Notes: a model not told the origin generated them from the sequence alone. Counted from the stretch's first letter, positions 26,215-36,545 are shown. The stretch is DNA of 64,000 nt from Pseudomonadota bacterium (GCA_027320085.1 DAHVLZ010000009.1:64001-128000); one strand, 5' to 3'. Translations and numbers: made by a program.

Positions 26215-28020
26215 TCAATGGGGAAACTGGTACGTCCAGGTTTCGGTCAAAGGCCTGCCCCGATAGCGGATCCAGGCCCGCAGGATGGCTCCGGGATGAT
26301 CCGGAACCGTGAACCGCAGGCGCCAGCGCGTTGTCCCGGTGACCTTGGCAAGCGTGATGTCCCGCACCGGACCGGGCGCTTGAACGCTTCCCTCAAGCAC
26401 AACCCAAGACGGGATCCGGCCCAGTTCCCGGCCCTTGAAGTAGAGCGTGAACGTGCGTTGACCCTCGGCCGAGCGTGCCTCGCGCGTGAGCTGGATCCGC
26501 CCGGGCCGTTCGGATGACCCCGGCAGCGAACCCCAGTACTGCGTATAACGCAGAAGAAGCGGGTGATCCGGGGGCGGCAGGGTGCGAGGCACCCAGAAGG
26601 CCACGATATTGGCGTCATCCGGCCGCTGGGTCGGGATCTCGACCAACTCCAAGTGGCCCGCGCCCCAGTTTCCCGATGGACGGATCCAAAGGCTTGGCGA
26701 TCTCTGGTAGGCGTTGGCGAGTGACTGGTAGGACCGGAAATGCCGGTCGCGCTGGAGCAGTCCAAATCCCCGGGGATTGTCCAGGCCGAAGCTCCGGACG
26801 TTCAACTGGCGTGGGTTCATCAAGGGAGCCCAAACCCAATGCCCGTGGTCTGTCTCGTAAGACAGCCCATCTGCATTGTGAACCGCGGGATGCAGTCGCA
26901 CGGCCCGGGACGGGTCCATGCGGCCACGCAGAAACATGCTGACCATGGGCGCAAGGCCGAGGCGCCGGATCCCATGGCGTAGAAAAAGGGCGGCCGTGAC
27001 CCGAACCCGGGTCGACGGCCCGGGAGTCACACGGAACCGGTAGGCGCCGGTAGCGCTGGAGCCATCCAGAATGGCGAGTACCGTGAGCGAGCGGGCATCC
27101 CGGGCCGGCACCTCGATCCAGAACGACCGGAACGCGGGAAATTCCTCGCGCGTGTTCGGTACCGCTGTATCGATGGCGAGACCGCGGGCCCAGGAGCCCC
27201 AGGACTGGCCCCGCCCCCGGGCCCGGAAATAGCTCGCCCCGAGAAAGGACAGGAAAGGAAATGACGAATGACCCGTCCTCCGATCCCGGAGGGTGAATCC
27301 CGCGGCACCGAGCGTAGCCGGGAGTCTCCGGGCGAGTGGAGGCGGGAAACGAAAGTCGCGCGGGGCAAACGACAGTGGAAAGATCTTATGGCCAACAACG
27401 AGGTGCATCGAGACCGGATGGACAAAGAGACTGCCTTCCGGCCTGAAGGTGGGGATCAGGCGGGCGGTCTTGGGCCAGAGGGGTAGCGGTCCCCGGAATG
27501 TCACCGCGCGGTACGTGGTCCGGTCCATCTGGCGCAGAACCGCCGGAGCGTCCGGGAGGGGCGCATAGGGTTTGTCGGCCAGGCGGTGCGCACGATCCAC
27601 CAGGAGGTTGAACAGCCAGCGCGATCCGTGCCCGGATCCCGTACCCGTTCCCGGGCGGGTTCGCCCGGGCAGGCTGGCCATCCAGTCCTCGTCCGCAAGC
27701 CGGACTCGGCGCAGCGCCGCTCCCGCCTGGGTCGCCGCCTGGGTGGTAGCACGCGAAAGACGGGTTTCGGCGAGTTTCAGCCGGGCAATTTCCCTGGCGA
27801 GACGTACACGGAGCCCGTGGAGGCGGTGCTCCAGTGCGGCTTGTCGCCCCTCCGTTTCCCGGAGCCGGACATCGGTCGACTGCAGGGCGCCTTGGATCTT
27901 GTGCACGGAGGACAGGGAAGCACAACCCGAAAGGCCCAGAAGAATCACGAGCAGGGGGAATGTGCCCGCCTTCCACCTCTTGGGTTCCCGAACCGCTCGC
28001 AGCGTAATTGGACCGGCCAT
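26215..28020 (-). CDS. OpgG/OpgD paralogue with lipoprotein signal and coiled-coil extension, degenerate active site
   Basis: Lipobox LSGC (Cys33); FLGASYFR, EEFPAF, TETWTY present; HNADG replaces HDSDG and DDANIV replaces xxDNIV. Confidence 0.85.
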   Translation of the reverse strand: MAGPITLRAVREPKRWKAGTFPLLVILLGLSGCASLSSVHKIQGALQSTDVRLRETEGRQAALEHRLHGLRVRLAREIARLKLAETRLSRATTQAATQAGAALRRVRLADEDWMASLPGRTRPGTGTGSGHGSRWLFNLLVDRAHRLADKPYAPLPDAPAVLRQMDRTTYRAVTFRGPLPLWPKTARLIPTFRPEGSLFVHPVSMHLVVGHKIFPLSFAPRDFRFPPPLARRLPATLGAAGFTLRDRRTGHSSFPFLSFLGASYFRARGRGQSWGSWARGLAIDTAVPNTREEFPAFRSFWIEVPARDARSLTVLAILDGSSATGAYRFRVTPGPSTRVRVTAALFLRHGIRRLGLAPMVSMFLRGRMDPSRAVRLHPAVHNADGLSYETDHGHWVWAPLMNPRQLNVRSFGLDNPRGFGLLQRDRHFRSYQSLANAYQRSPSLWIRPSGNWGAGHLELVEIPTQRPDDANIVAFWVPRTLPPPDHPLLLRYTQYWGSLPGSSERPGRIQLTREARSAEGQRTFTLYFKGRELGRIPSWVVLEGSVQAPGPVRDITLAKVTGTTRWRLRFTVPDHPGAILRAWIRYRGRPLTETWTYQFPH

Positions 28021-28024
28021 TGCT

Positions 28025-30076
28025 TCAGTGCCACTCCCGTACCTGGTGGGGAGGCAGTGTCCATACCTCCTCGTGTAGTTTCACGAGGAGTCGCCGGTCG
28101 TTGAGAACCGCAAGCTGCTCACTCGCGCTCAACGCACGGGGACCCCGCGCCAGAAGCCGGGCACTGTAGAGCGCCCGGGTGAGCTGGATCTCTTCATTAT
28201 AGCGTCGGGGCTGGTCCGACAGCCGGGCCGCGATCACCGCGTTCACCCAGGGATCGACAATGGCCGCACGGAATCCTGAACGGGCCCGGACTGCGGACCT
28301 GGTTCGTTCCGTCACCGCCTGCTCGAGACTCTCAAGTTCCTCGGGTGGATGATCCTCCTCCGGGGTCAGGAAGAGGCGGTTCCTTCGGGCCCAAGTCCCC
28401 ACACGGGCGCTTCCTGCCAAGGTGGCCACCGGGAGGGCCAGGACCAGCGCCACCACAATCGGCAGGAGCCAGCCCAGGTCTCCCGGGTCCAGAAAGTAGA
28501 CCAGGCCCGCCCATGCGATCGCGATCAAGGTGCCGGGGATGTAGGCACGGGATGTGCGCATTCCCTGGGAGGCGGCGGTTCGCTGCTGCCGTCCCCATTG
28601 GACCCGGTGGCCCAAAAGCGAGGAGAGGACGAACCAGCTGTGAAATAGCATCCGCACGGGAGCGACCAAGGTGGAATAGACGATCTCGAGAAGCCCGCTG
28701 GCCAAAAAGCGCAATCCCCCCCCGAATGGGGCCGACCGTCGCTTGAGAAACACGAGCAGCAGGCCTAGGAACCGGGGTAACAGCAAGATCGTGGCACTGG
28801 CGCCGAGCAGAAAAACCGCGAGGTCGGCGTGCCACACCGGCCAGACCGGAAACAGGCCATGCCCCGGAGGAAAGTAGTCTGGGGGGATCAGCGCGTGCCA
28901 GGCAATGACGGCCGTACCCAGGAGGAGGTACAACAGCCAGAGCGCGGAGGCCACATAGGACATGGCACCGTTGACGAACAGGAGACGGTTCATGGCCAGA
29001 AGTCCCTTGGCAAACAAGAGCCTGAGGTGCTGCAGGTTCCCGTAACACCATCGGCGATCCCGCTTGAGTTCGTCGAGAAGCGTGGGCGGGGTTTCCTCCC
29101 AGCTGCCCGCCAGTTCAGGCACCAGCCAGACCGACCATCCGGCGCGCCGCATGAGCGCGGCCTCCACAAAATCATGGCTCAGAATGTCGCCCGACAGCAA
29201 GGCGCGCCCCTTGAGACGCGGCAGCTGACAATGTTCCATGAATGGAGCCACCCGGATGATGGCATTGTGGCCCCAGTAATAGCTGTCTCCCAACTGCCAG
29301 AACGAGAGGCCTGTGGCAAACATCCGGCTGTAAACCCGGTTGGAGAACTGCTGTATCCGCCCCGACAGGGTTTGCTGGCGGACCACGCCAGGCACGCTTT
29401 GCAGGATCCCGACCTGGGGATGGGCTTCCATGAGTTCCACGAGATGGCCCAGGCAGTCGGCGGACATCAGGCTGTCCGCATCCAGAACGACCAGATACTT
29501 GTAGAGGGATCCCCACCGCTTGAGGAAATCCGCGATGTTACCGCTCTTCCGCTTGATGTTCGACCGTCGGCGTCGATAGTAGATACGCCCGAAAGCAGCC
29601 AGCGAGCGGCAGAGTTCCGCCCATGCCCACTGCTCGCGGACAACGAGGTCCGGATCGTTGCTGTCCGACAGGATGAAAAAATCGAATCCCGCGAGGATCC
29701 CGCTTTTCCCGAGCTGCCGGTAGAGGACCTCGATCGTGGCCGCGACGCGTTCCGGGTTTTCCCGGTACACCGGAAAGACGAGCGCCGTTCGGGCATCCGG
29801 ACCGGGAACCGTGTCCCCGGCAGGAGGCGGGGTGTCTGTCCGGGGATCAGGACGCAACAGGACGAGGAAACCAAACAGAGCCGTCCAGAAACCGATAGCG
29901 ATCCAGGCCGTGAGCACACCGAAAAGCAGGACCGTGGCTCCGTTGAGCCAGGGGTTCCCGGGCGAGGGCAAAGCGCCCGCCATGTTGATGCTGGCGAAAC
30001 CGGCCGGCACAAGAACCAGGATGCCGAGCAGGGTGCGACGGATCCATGCACTTCGCCGCCAACGGGAAAAACGCAC
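28025..30076 (-). CDS. opgH: Glucans biosynthesis glucosyltransferase OpgH/MdoH (GT2)
   Basis: RKSGNIADF, LDADS, YWGHNAIIR, LSHDFVEAA, RDRRWCYGNLQH. Confidence 0.95.
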   Translation of the reverse strand: MRFSRWRRSAWIRRTLLGILVLVPAGFASINMAGALPSPGNPWLNGATVLLFGVLTAWIAIGFWTALFGFLVLLRPDPRTDTPPPAGDTVPGPDARTALVFPVYRENPERVAATIEVLYRQLGKSGILAGFDFFILSDSNDPDLVVREQWAWAELCRSLAAFGRIYYRRRRSNIKRKSGNIADFLKRWGSLYKYLVVLDADSLMSADCLGHLVELMEAHPQVGILQSVPGVVRQQTLSGRIQQFSNRVYSRMFATGLSFWQLGDSYYWGHNAIIRVAPFMEHCQLPRLKGRALLSGDILSHDFVEAALMRRAGWSVWLVPELAGSWEETPPTLLDELKRDRRWCYGNLQHLRLLFAKGLLAMNRLLFVNGAMSYVASALWLLYLLLGTAVIAWHALIPPDYFPPGHGLFPVWPVWHADLAVFLLGASATILLLPRFLGLLLVFLKRRSAPFGGGLRFLASGLLEIVYSTLVAPVRMLFHSWFVLSSLLGHRVQWGRQQRTAASQGMRTSRAYIPGTLIAIAWAGLVYFLDPGDLGWLLPIVVALVLALPVATLAGSARVGTWARRNRLFLTPEEDHPPEELESLEQAVTERTRSAVRARSGFRAAIVDPWVNAVIAARLSDQPRRYNEEIQLTRALYSARLLARGPRALSASEQLAVLNDRRLLVKLHEEVWTLPPHQVREWH

Positions 30077-30082
30077 GGTGAT

Positions 30083-30340
30083 CTACGGCACGCCGCGGTC
30101 CTGTCCCAGCGGTGCCGGAACCAACCGCCTTCTCCGGATCGGTGGATTTTTGAAGGCCACTTCCGGGACGTGAGCGTATGCCTCAAGACGATCCAGAAAA
30201 CCGTCTGCCGACCAGGGTGAGATGGCTTCCGCAAAGGAAACCTCAGGCTGGCCGGGGTGATTCAGGAGCTGCCGATAAGCCTGGAGACGGGATTCAGGGC
30301 CGGAGCCCGGACAGGAGCTGTCGACGATCAGCGGCGCGAC
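30083..30340 (-). other. Unannotated open frame upstream of and in frame with opgH, resembling a split OpgH N-terminal segment
   Basis: VAPLIVDSS...ESRLQAYRQLL...KNPPIRRRRLVPAPLGQDRGVP*. The TAG is 2 codons before the opgH GTG; no ATG/GTG/TTG near its 5' end. Confidence 0.4.
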
Positions 30341-30455
30341 TCAGCGAGGGTTTCCCATAGTGTAAGGAAATCACCGCCTTCCATCAAAGGTAGCCACCCG
30401 TTCCCGGGTTCGAACGGGCATCCTCCCGAACCGGCTGGAGCGTGGACCGCACGGA

Positions 30456-32387
30456 TCAGACCCGGAAGGCCTCGAGGGATTCCGGGTTGGCCAAAGCCCC
30501 CGTGTTCGCCACCCTCTCCCCGGCAACCGCCTGACGCACTGCCATCTCGCTGATCTTCCCGCTCCGTGTCCTCGGAATGTCCGGAACCTCCCGGATGCGG
30601 GCGGGTACGTGACGGGGCGTGAGCGCGGTACGGATCCGCTCGCGGATGCGCGACTCGAGTCCCTCGTCCAGCACAGCGCCTGGCCGGAGCACCACAAACA
30701 GGAGAATACGCTCGGAACCCTCCCCATCCGGCTCTCCAACGACCACCGCTTCCGCAATCTCTTCAAAGATCTCAACCTGCCGGTAGATCTCAGCTGTGCC
30801 AATACGGACCCCACCGGGATTGAGGACGGTATCGGAACGACCGTAGATGATCACTCCTCCCGAGGCCGTGAGTGCAGCAAAATCGCCGTGGCACCAGATG
30901 CCGGGGAAGCGATGGTAGTAGGCAGCCCGGTAGCGCACTCCCTCCGGATCGTCCCAGAACCCGAGCGGCACCGTGGGGAAGGGACGCGTGCAGACCAGTT
31001 CGCCCCGTTCGCCCACAACCGGACGGCCCGAGGAGTCGTAGATCTCGACCGCCATGCCGAGTCCACGACACTGAATCTCCCCCCGGCGGATCGGCAAAGT
31101 CGGCGTGCCCAGGACGAAACACGAGACGATATCGGTTCCGCCGGAGATCGAGTTCAGACGGACGTCTGACTTAAGATCACGGTAGACATAATCAAACTGC
31201 TCGGCCAAGAGGGGAGATCCCGTGGAGAGAACCGTCCGGAGGCGTTCGAGGCCCCGCCCGCCTTCCCGCTTGACCCGGCTCTTCTCCAGGGTCAGGAGGT
31301 AACGGGCACTGGTCCCGAAAATCCCGATCTCCTCCTCGTCGATCATGCGAAGCAGAGCATCCGGGTGTGGATGGATGGGCGAGCCGTCGTAGAGCACAAG
31401 GGTCGCGCCGAGCGCCAAGGTGCTCGCCATCCAGTTCCACATCATCCAGCCCGTGGTCGTGAAATAGAACAGACGGTCGCCCAGACCCACGTCGGTATGG
31501 AGCCCAAGCTCCTTGAGATGCTGGAGGAGCACCCCGCCCTGCCGGTGGATCATGCATTTGGGCTTGCCAGTCGTCCCGGAGGAATAGAGGATGTAGAGGG
31601 GGTGGTCGAAAGGCAGGTCGGCGTACGGGAGGGTCCCCGGCGATCGTTCCAGGAGATCGGGATAGGCGACCGCATGGGGGAAGTCGGCGCGGCCGGTTTC
31701 CGCCATGAGATAGGGCACGAGAATCGTACGGGTGAGGGTCGGCAGGCGGGCGGCAATTTCCCGCACACGCCCACGGACGTCGTAGCGTTTTCCACCATAG
31801 CAATAGCCATCAATGGCCACCAGCACTTTGGGCGCGACCTGGCCGAAGCGTTCGAGGACGCCCTCGACCCCGAAATCCGGCGAAGCGCTCGTAAACACGG
31901 CTCCCAGGCTCGAGGCCGCAAGCATCGTAACGACCGCAGCCGGATGGTTCGGCAGATAGGCGGCGATCCGGTCACCCGGCTCCACACCCGCAGCTCTGAA
32001 ATCGGAGGCGAGTGCAGCCACTGCGTTCCGGAGTTCACCATCGGTCAGCGTGACCCGGAGTCCCTCTTCGTTGCGAAAGACGAGGGCAAGCCCCCCGGAT
32101 CGCGCGGTTTCCACAAGTTGTCGTGCGTAGTTGAGCCGGACGCCCTCGAACCAGCGAGTCTCCGGCATGGCTCCCGCGCAGATTTGCCGGGGGCGACCAT
32201 CGAAAAGGGTCCCGAAAAAATCCGCCACGGCCGGCCAGAAACGTTCCGGATGGTCGATCGACCATTGCCAGAGTGAGGCATAGTCCGACCCGACCGCTTC
32301 GCCACTCTGGGCCAGGTTTTTTTGGAAGCGAGCAAGTGCACTCCGTTCCCGCTCATAAGAACCCGGGGTCCAGAGGACTTCGCTCAA
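30456..32387 (-). CDS. Acetoacetate--CoA ligase
   Basis: [45 protein letters not shown]. Confidence 0.92.
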   Translation of the reverse strand: MSEVLWTPGSYERERSALARFQKNLAQSGEAVGSDYASLWQWSIDHPERFWPAVADFFGTLFDGRPRQICAGAMPETRWFEGVRLNYARQLVETARSGGLALVFRNEEGLRVTLTDGELRNAVAALASDFRAAGVEPGDRIAAYLPNHPAAVVTMLAASSLGAVFTSASPDFGVEGVLERFGQVAPKVLVAIDGYCYGGKRYDVRGRVREIAARLPTLTRTILVPYLMAETGRADFPHAVAYPDLLERSPGTLPYADLPFDHPLYILYSSGTTGKPKCMIHRQGGVLLQHLKELGLHTDVGLGDRLFYFTTTGWMMWNWMASTLALGATLVLYDGSPIHPHPDALLRMIDEEEIGIFGTSARYLLTLEKSRVKREGGRGLERLRTVLSTGSPLLAEQFDYVYRDLKSDVRLNSISGGTDIVSCFVLGTPTLPIRRGEIQCRGLGMAVEIYDSSGRPVVGERGELVCTRPFPTVPLGFWDDPEGVRYRAAYYHRFPGIWCHGDFAALTASGGVIIYGRSDTVLNPGGVRIGTAEIYRQVEIFEEIAEAVVVGEPDGEGSERILLFVVLRPGAVLDEGLESRIRERIRTALTPRHVPARIREVPDIPRTRSGKISEMAVRQAVAGERVANTGALANPESLEAFRV

Positions 32388-33358
32388 CGACCAATACCCT
32401 GCCGTTCGAGCTCGGCCAGAAGATCCGGGATCACCGCAAAGAGATCTCCCACCAGCCCGAAGTCCGCCACCTTGAAAATCGGCGCCTCGGGGTCCTTGTT
32501 CACGGCCACGATGGTTCCAGCATCGCGGATGCCGGTCAGGTGCTGGATCGCGCCCGAGATTCCAAAAGCCATATAGAGTTCAGGTGCGATGATCTTGCCC
32601 GTCTGCCCCACCTGGAGATCGTTCGGTGCATAGCCCGCATCCACTGCCGCCCGCGAGGCACCGATCGCCGCATTGAGGCGGTCGGCCAGCTTCTCGAGCA
32701 GTGCGAAGTTCTCACGGCTGCCGAATGACCGTCCCCCGGAGACCACCCGCCGGGCCGACTGGAGATCCGGCCGGGCACTGGAATCGAGTTCGAGCCCCAC
32801 AAACCGGGCGTCGGCCGGGATCTCGGCGGGCACGGCCATCCTCTCAACCGGTGCCGGCGCGGCATCCTTCTGGGCGACCGCGGGTTTCCACGAGGCAAGT
32901 CGGGCCGTGAGCAGGACCGGGATCCCGTCCGGAACACGGACCACGGTATGGACGTTGCCGGCATAGAGGCCACGCTTGAAGCGTCTTGGTGCGAGAACTT
33001 CGAGTACATCGCTCACGGCCGGCGCCCCCACGAATCCTGCGAGATGCGGCAGGACATCCCGACCGAAACTGGTTCCCGGCATGAGAAAGTGGCTGTAATC
33101 CCCGGCGCGAGATCCGACCAGCGCAGTGACCACAGAGGCAGTGGGATGGACCAGGCGCGGGTCATCGAAGACCAGGTGTTTCCGGATACCAGTCAGGGTT
33201 CCCGCCTGTCCGAGCAGGGGATCCAGGCCGGCACCGATCCAGGCGATATCAACCGGACCGGTCCCGATCTTGCGGGCAAGAGTCAGGGTTTTCAGGGTCG
33301 GTTCGGCGACGGGCGCCTGGCTGTCCTGTGCCTCGGCAATGACCAGGGTCGCGTCCAT
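32384..33358 (-). CDS. etfA: Electron transfer flavoprotein alpha subunit
   Basis: [35 protein letters not shown]. Confidence 0.95.
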   Translation of the reverse strand: MDATLVIAEAQDSQAPVAEPTLKTLTLARKIGTGPVDIAWIGAGLDPLLGQAGTLTGIRKHLVFDDPRLVHPTASVVTALVGSRAGDYSHFLMPGTSFGRDVLPHLAGFVGAPAVSDVLEVLAPRRFKRGLYAGNVHTVVRVPDGIPVLLTARLASWKPAVAQKDAAPAPVERMAVPAEIPADARFVGLELDSSARPDLQSARRVVSGGRSFGSRENFALLEKLADRLNAAIGASRAAVDAGYAPNDLQVGQTGKIIAPELYMAFGISGAIQHLTGIRDAGTIVAVNKDPEAPIFKVADFGLVGDLFAVIPDLLAELERQGIGR

Positions 33359-34110
33359 CAGAGTACCCCCCGATCGTGGAGCCGGGTCACGAGTTCCGAA
33401 ACCGACTCGACACGAAGTCCGGCCTCACGCTCCGGTGGCGGGAGGTAGCTTTCCACCTCAAGGCGCGGGAGAGTGAACCCGAACCCGTCGAACGGGCGTT
33501 TTTCAAGTGGTTTCTGGCGCGCTTTCATGATATCGGGCATCTTGATGAAGCGGGGCGTGTTGAGTCGAAGGTCGGTCGTGATCACGGCAGGCAGATCGAT
33601 CTCCACTGTCTCGAGGCCGTGATCCACTTCACGGACTGCTTGTGCCCGGCCTCCGGCCAGCGTGAGCTTCGAGACAAAGGTCGCCTGCGGTCGTCCCCAG
33701 AGGGCGGCCAGCATGGGGCCCGTCTGGCCGCAATCGTCATCGATCGCCTGCTTGCCCAAGATGACGAGTCCCGGCTCGATCTCCCGGACGAGATGATGGA
33801 GGACATGGGCGACCTCGAGCGGCCCGATCTCCCGGGAGGCCTCGATATGGATCGCCCGGTCCGCCCCCATGGCCAACAGGCTCCGGATCTGGGATTCGGC
33901 TTCGTGCGGACCCACCGTCGCCACCACCACCTCGGACACCTCGCCCCGTTCGCGGATCCGGAGCGCCTCCTCAAGCGCGATTTCGTCGAATGGATTGACG
34001 GACATCTTGACGCCATCGGTCACGACCCCCGAATGGTCGGGCTTGAGACGGACCCGTACGCTGTAGTCGACGACCCGCTTCGCGGCCACCAGGATCTTGA
34101 TCGGATTCAT
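33358..34110 (-). CDS. etfB: Electron transfer flavoprotein beta subunit
   Basis: NPFDEIALEEA, AMGADR, GKQAIDDD, DLRLNTPR. Confidence 0.95.
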   Translation of the reverse strand: MNPIKILVAAKRVVDYSVRVRLKPDHSGVVTDGVKMSVNPFDEIALEEALRIRERGEVSEVVVATVGPHEAESQIRSLLAMGADRAIHIEASREIGPLEVAHVLHHLVREIEPGLVILGKQAIDDDCGQTGPMLAALWGRPQATFVSKLTLAGGRAQAVREVDHGLETVEIDLPAVITTDLRLNTPRFIKMPDIMKARQKPLEKRPFDGFGFTLPRLEVESYLPPPEREAGLRVESVSELVTRLHDRGVL

Positions 34111-34119
34111 GACACTCCT

Positions 34120-35718
34120 TCAGAGGTTGGCGTAGTTCGGACCCGAGCCCCCATCGGGCGGGACCCAGGTGATCTGTTCGAAGGGATCCTTGATGTCGCA
34201 GGCCTTGCAGTGGACGCAGTTCGCGGCATTGACCTGGAGACGCGGCCCGCTCCCATCGGTCACGATCTCGTAGACACCGGCCGGACAGAAACGGGTACAG
34301 GGATTGCCAAAACGGGCCCTGCATTCACTGACACAGAGGGTAGTGTCCGCAATCCGGAGATGGACTGGCTGGTTTTCTTCATGGTGGAGCGCCGCCTGGT
34401 CGACAAAGGCGAGGCGGTCTGGGGGGGGCAGCGTGCGAGGCCTGCAGCGGGGCGCCTTGCCCTTGACGGCACCGCGCGGCCGGAGACTCTTCCAGTCATG
34501 GGCATTGGAAAGTGTCCAAGGCGCCCGTCCGCCCGTGACCGTCTCGAAAGCGGCATTGGCCAGTCCGGCCCAGAGTCCCGTCCTGAACCCCGGCCGGATG
34601 TTGCGCACCCGCCAGAGTTCACGGCCCATATCCGATTGCCGGAAGCACTGATCAAAGCCTTGGGGGCTTCCGGTCCGTGCCAGGTGCTCGGCCGCCTGGA
34701 TCCCCGAGCCCAACGCCATGTGAACCCCCTTGATCTTGGGGACGTTCAAGGTTCCCGCGGCGTCCCCCACGAGAAGCCCGCCCGGCATCTCGAGCGTGGG
34801 CAGAGCCGGATACCCGCCCTCGATGAGGCTCCGCGCCCCCGCGGACAGTATTTCGCCGCCCTCAAAGAGGCCCACGAGACTCGGGTGGTGCTTGAACTGC
34901 TGGAAGACCTCGAAGGGGGAAAAATCGGGATCGCCGTAATCGAGCCCCACAACAAAACCGACCGCCAGGCGATCCCGGTCGAGGTGATAGACGAAGCCGC
35001 CCCCATAGAGATCGGAGGGGAGCGGCCAACCCACGGTATGGAGAACGGTGCCGGGGACGGTCCGGCCGGGTGGAAGCTGCCAGAGTTCCTTGAGACCGAG
35101 CGCGTAGGTCTGCGGGCTTCTCCCCTGGTCCAGTCCAAAATGCCGGATGAGGATCTTGGAAAGACTCCCCCGGCAACCCTCGGCCAGGACGGTCACACCG
35201 GCCCGGACCTCGACTCCCGGAGAGAAGTTCGGGCCCTCCGCTCCATCCCGGGTCCGCCCGAGATCGCCCACTCGGACCCCCGCCAGGGCTCCCGCCCCGT
35301 CCCAGAGCGGCTGGACGGCGGAAAAACCGGGGAAGATCTCGACACCGAGAGCCTCCGCTGCCGCCCCCAACCGACGCACGAGCGCACCCAGTGAGACGAT
35401 CCAGTTGCCCGCATTGTGCATCTGGGGCGGCGTGGGGAGTCTATAGCTGTGTTCGTAGCCGAGATAGGCGAAACGGTCCCGCGTGACGGGTACCTGGATG
35501 TCGAGCGGGTCGTCCCGCCAGCCGGGGAGGAGCTGGTCGACAAAGCGGGGCTCGATCACAGCCCCCGAAAGGCTGTGGGCCCCGAGGCTCGCCGCCTTCT
35601 CAAGCACGGCCACTGAAAGCTCCGGCTTCTCACGCTTGAGCGTGAGCGCGCAGGCCAGTCCGGCCGGACCCGCGCCGATGATGAGCACATCGTAGCGGAG
35701 ACTGTCAGTATCGGCCAC
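34120..35718 (-). CDS. ETF-ubiquinone oxidoreductase
   Basis: GAGPAG, GAHSLSGA, KIKGVHMA; 4Fe-4S CPAGVY...CVHCKACD. Confidence 0.94.
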   Translation of the reverse strand: MADTDSLRYDVLIIGAGPAGLACALTLKREKPELSVAVLEKAASLGAHSLSGAVIEPRFVDQLLPGWRDDPLDIQVPVTRDRFAYLGYEHSYRLPTPPQMHNAGNWIVSLGALVRRLGAAAEALGVEIFPGFSAVQPLWDGAGALAGVRVGDLGRTRDGAEGPNFSPGVEVRAGVTVLAEGCRGSLSKILIRHFGLDQGRSPQTYALGLKELWQLPPGRTVPGTVLHTVGWPLPSDLYGGGFVYHLDRDRLAVGFVVGLDYGDPDFSPFEVFQQFKHHPSLVGLFEGGEILSAGARSLIEGGYPALPTLEMPGGLLVGDAAGTLNVPKIKGVHMALGSGIQAAEHLARTGSPQGFDQCFRQSDMGRELWRVRNIRPGFRTGLWAGLANAAFETVTGGRAPWTLSNAHDWKSLRPRGAVKGKAPRCRPRTLPPPDRLAFVDQAALHHEENQPVHLRIADTTLCVSECRARFGNPCTRFCPAGVYEIVTDGSGPRLQVNAANCVHCKACDIKDPFEQITWVPPDGGSGPNYANL

Positions 35719-35727
35719 GGGACCGGT

Positions 35728-36495
35728 TCACTTGGGTTGCATGCGGACGGCGCCATCCAGCCGGATCGTGGTACCGTTCAACATGGGGTTTTCGACGATG
35801 GACCGGACGAGATCGGCGTATTCCGCTGGGCGACCGAGACGCGACGGGAAAGGCACCTGGGCGCCCAAGGAGGCTTGGAGTTCAGGCGTCATGCCGGCCA
35901 CCATCGGGGTCTCGAAAATACCGGGAGCGATCGTGACCACACGGATCCCGATCCGGGCAAACTCGCGCGCCAGGGGCAAGGTCATGCCGACTATCCCTCC
36001 TTTCGAGGCCGAATAGGCTGCCTGCCCGATCTGGCCCTCGAAGGCGGCCACCGAGGCGGTGAGCACAATCACCCCCCGCTCGCCCTCCCCGTTTGGGGTC
36101 TGCGACTGCATGTACTGGGCGGCCCCTTTCACCAGAAAAAAGGATCCCAAGAGATTGATGGCGATCGTTCGGGAAAAGTGCTCGCCTTTCATCGGACCTT
36201 CGCGTCCGAGCGCGCGTCCGGCCCCGATGACGCCGGCACAGGAGACGACGAGATCGAAGCCACCCAGAAACTCCTGGGCACGAAGCAAGGCCTGGTCAAC
36301 AGATCGCTCGTCACTCACGTCGGTGGGCAGGAAGCGCACGCGCCCCGCCCACTCCCGCTCCGCCCGTTCCCCCTTCTCCCGATCGACATCGAGAATCGCG
36401 ACTTTTCCTCCGTCGACCACCACCCGTTCAGAAACGGCCCGGCCCAGCCCGGAGGCTCCGCCCGTCACAACTGCCCGCAAGTCTTGAGATCGCAT
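35728..36495 (-). CDS. SDR family 3-hydroxyacyl-CoA dehydrogenase (HSD17B10/HADH2-like)
   Basis: TGGASGLG, GQIGQAAYSASKGG, PFPSRLG, NPMLNG; RBS GAGGAG. Confidence 0.9.
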   Translation of the reverse strand: MRSQDLRAVVTGGASGLGRAVSERVVVDGGKVAILDVDREKGERAEREWAGRVRFLPTDVSDERSVDQALLRAQEFLGGFDLVVSCAGVIGAGRALGREGPMKGEHFSRTIAINLLGSFFLVKGAAQYMQSQTPNGEGERGVIVLTASVAAFEGQIGQAAYSASKGGIVGMTLPLAREFARIGIRVVTIAPGIFETPMVAGMTPELQASLGAQVPFPSRLGRPAEYADLVRSIVENPMLNGTTIRLDGAVRMQPK

Positions 36496-36512
36496 CGCCC
36501 GAGGCTCCTCTC

Positions 36513-36545
36513 ATGGAACGGTGAATGTTTTCCATTTCAATTATA
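36513..36545 (-). promoter_or_regulatory. -10 box plus operator-like inverted repeat upstream of the SDR-ETF operon
   Basis: TATAAT at 36540-36545 overlapping the rfbD stop; ATGGAA-N11-TTCCAT at 36513-36535. Confidence 0.4.

Noticed and set aside
30341-30358. In-frame TGA at codon 6 upstream of opgH as selenocysteine
   Set aside because: No redox motif context or evident SECIS hairpin, and the ATG directly abuts a -10-like box, so it is probably not transcribed.
33376-35394. Long antisense ORFs (672 aa here; also 7567..9072, 11802..13100, 12736..14223, 19715..21094, 47344..48720)
   Set aside because: They mirror well-supported genes on the opposite strand, show no family motifs, and are expected shadows in high-GC DNA.
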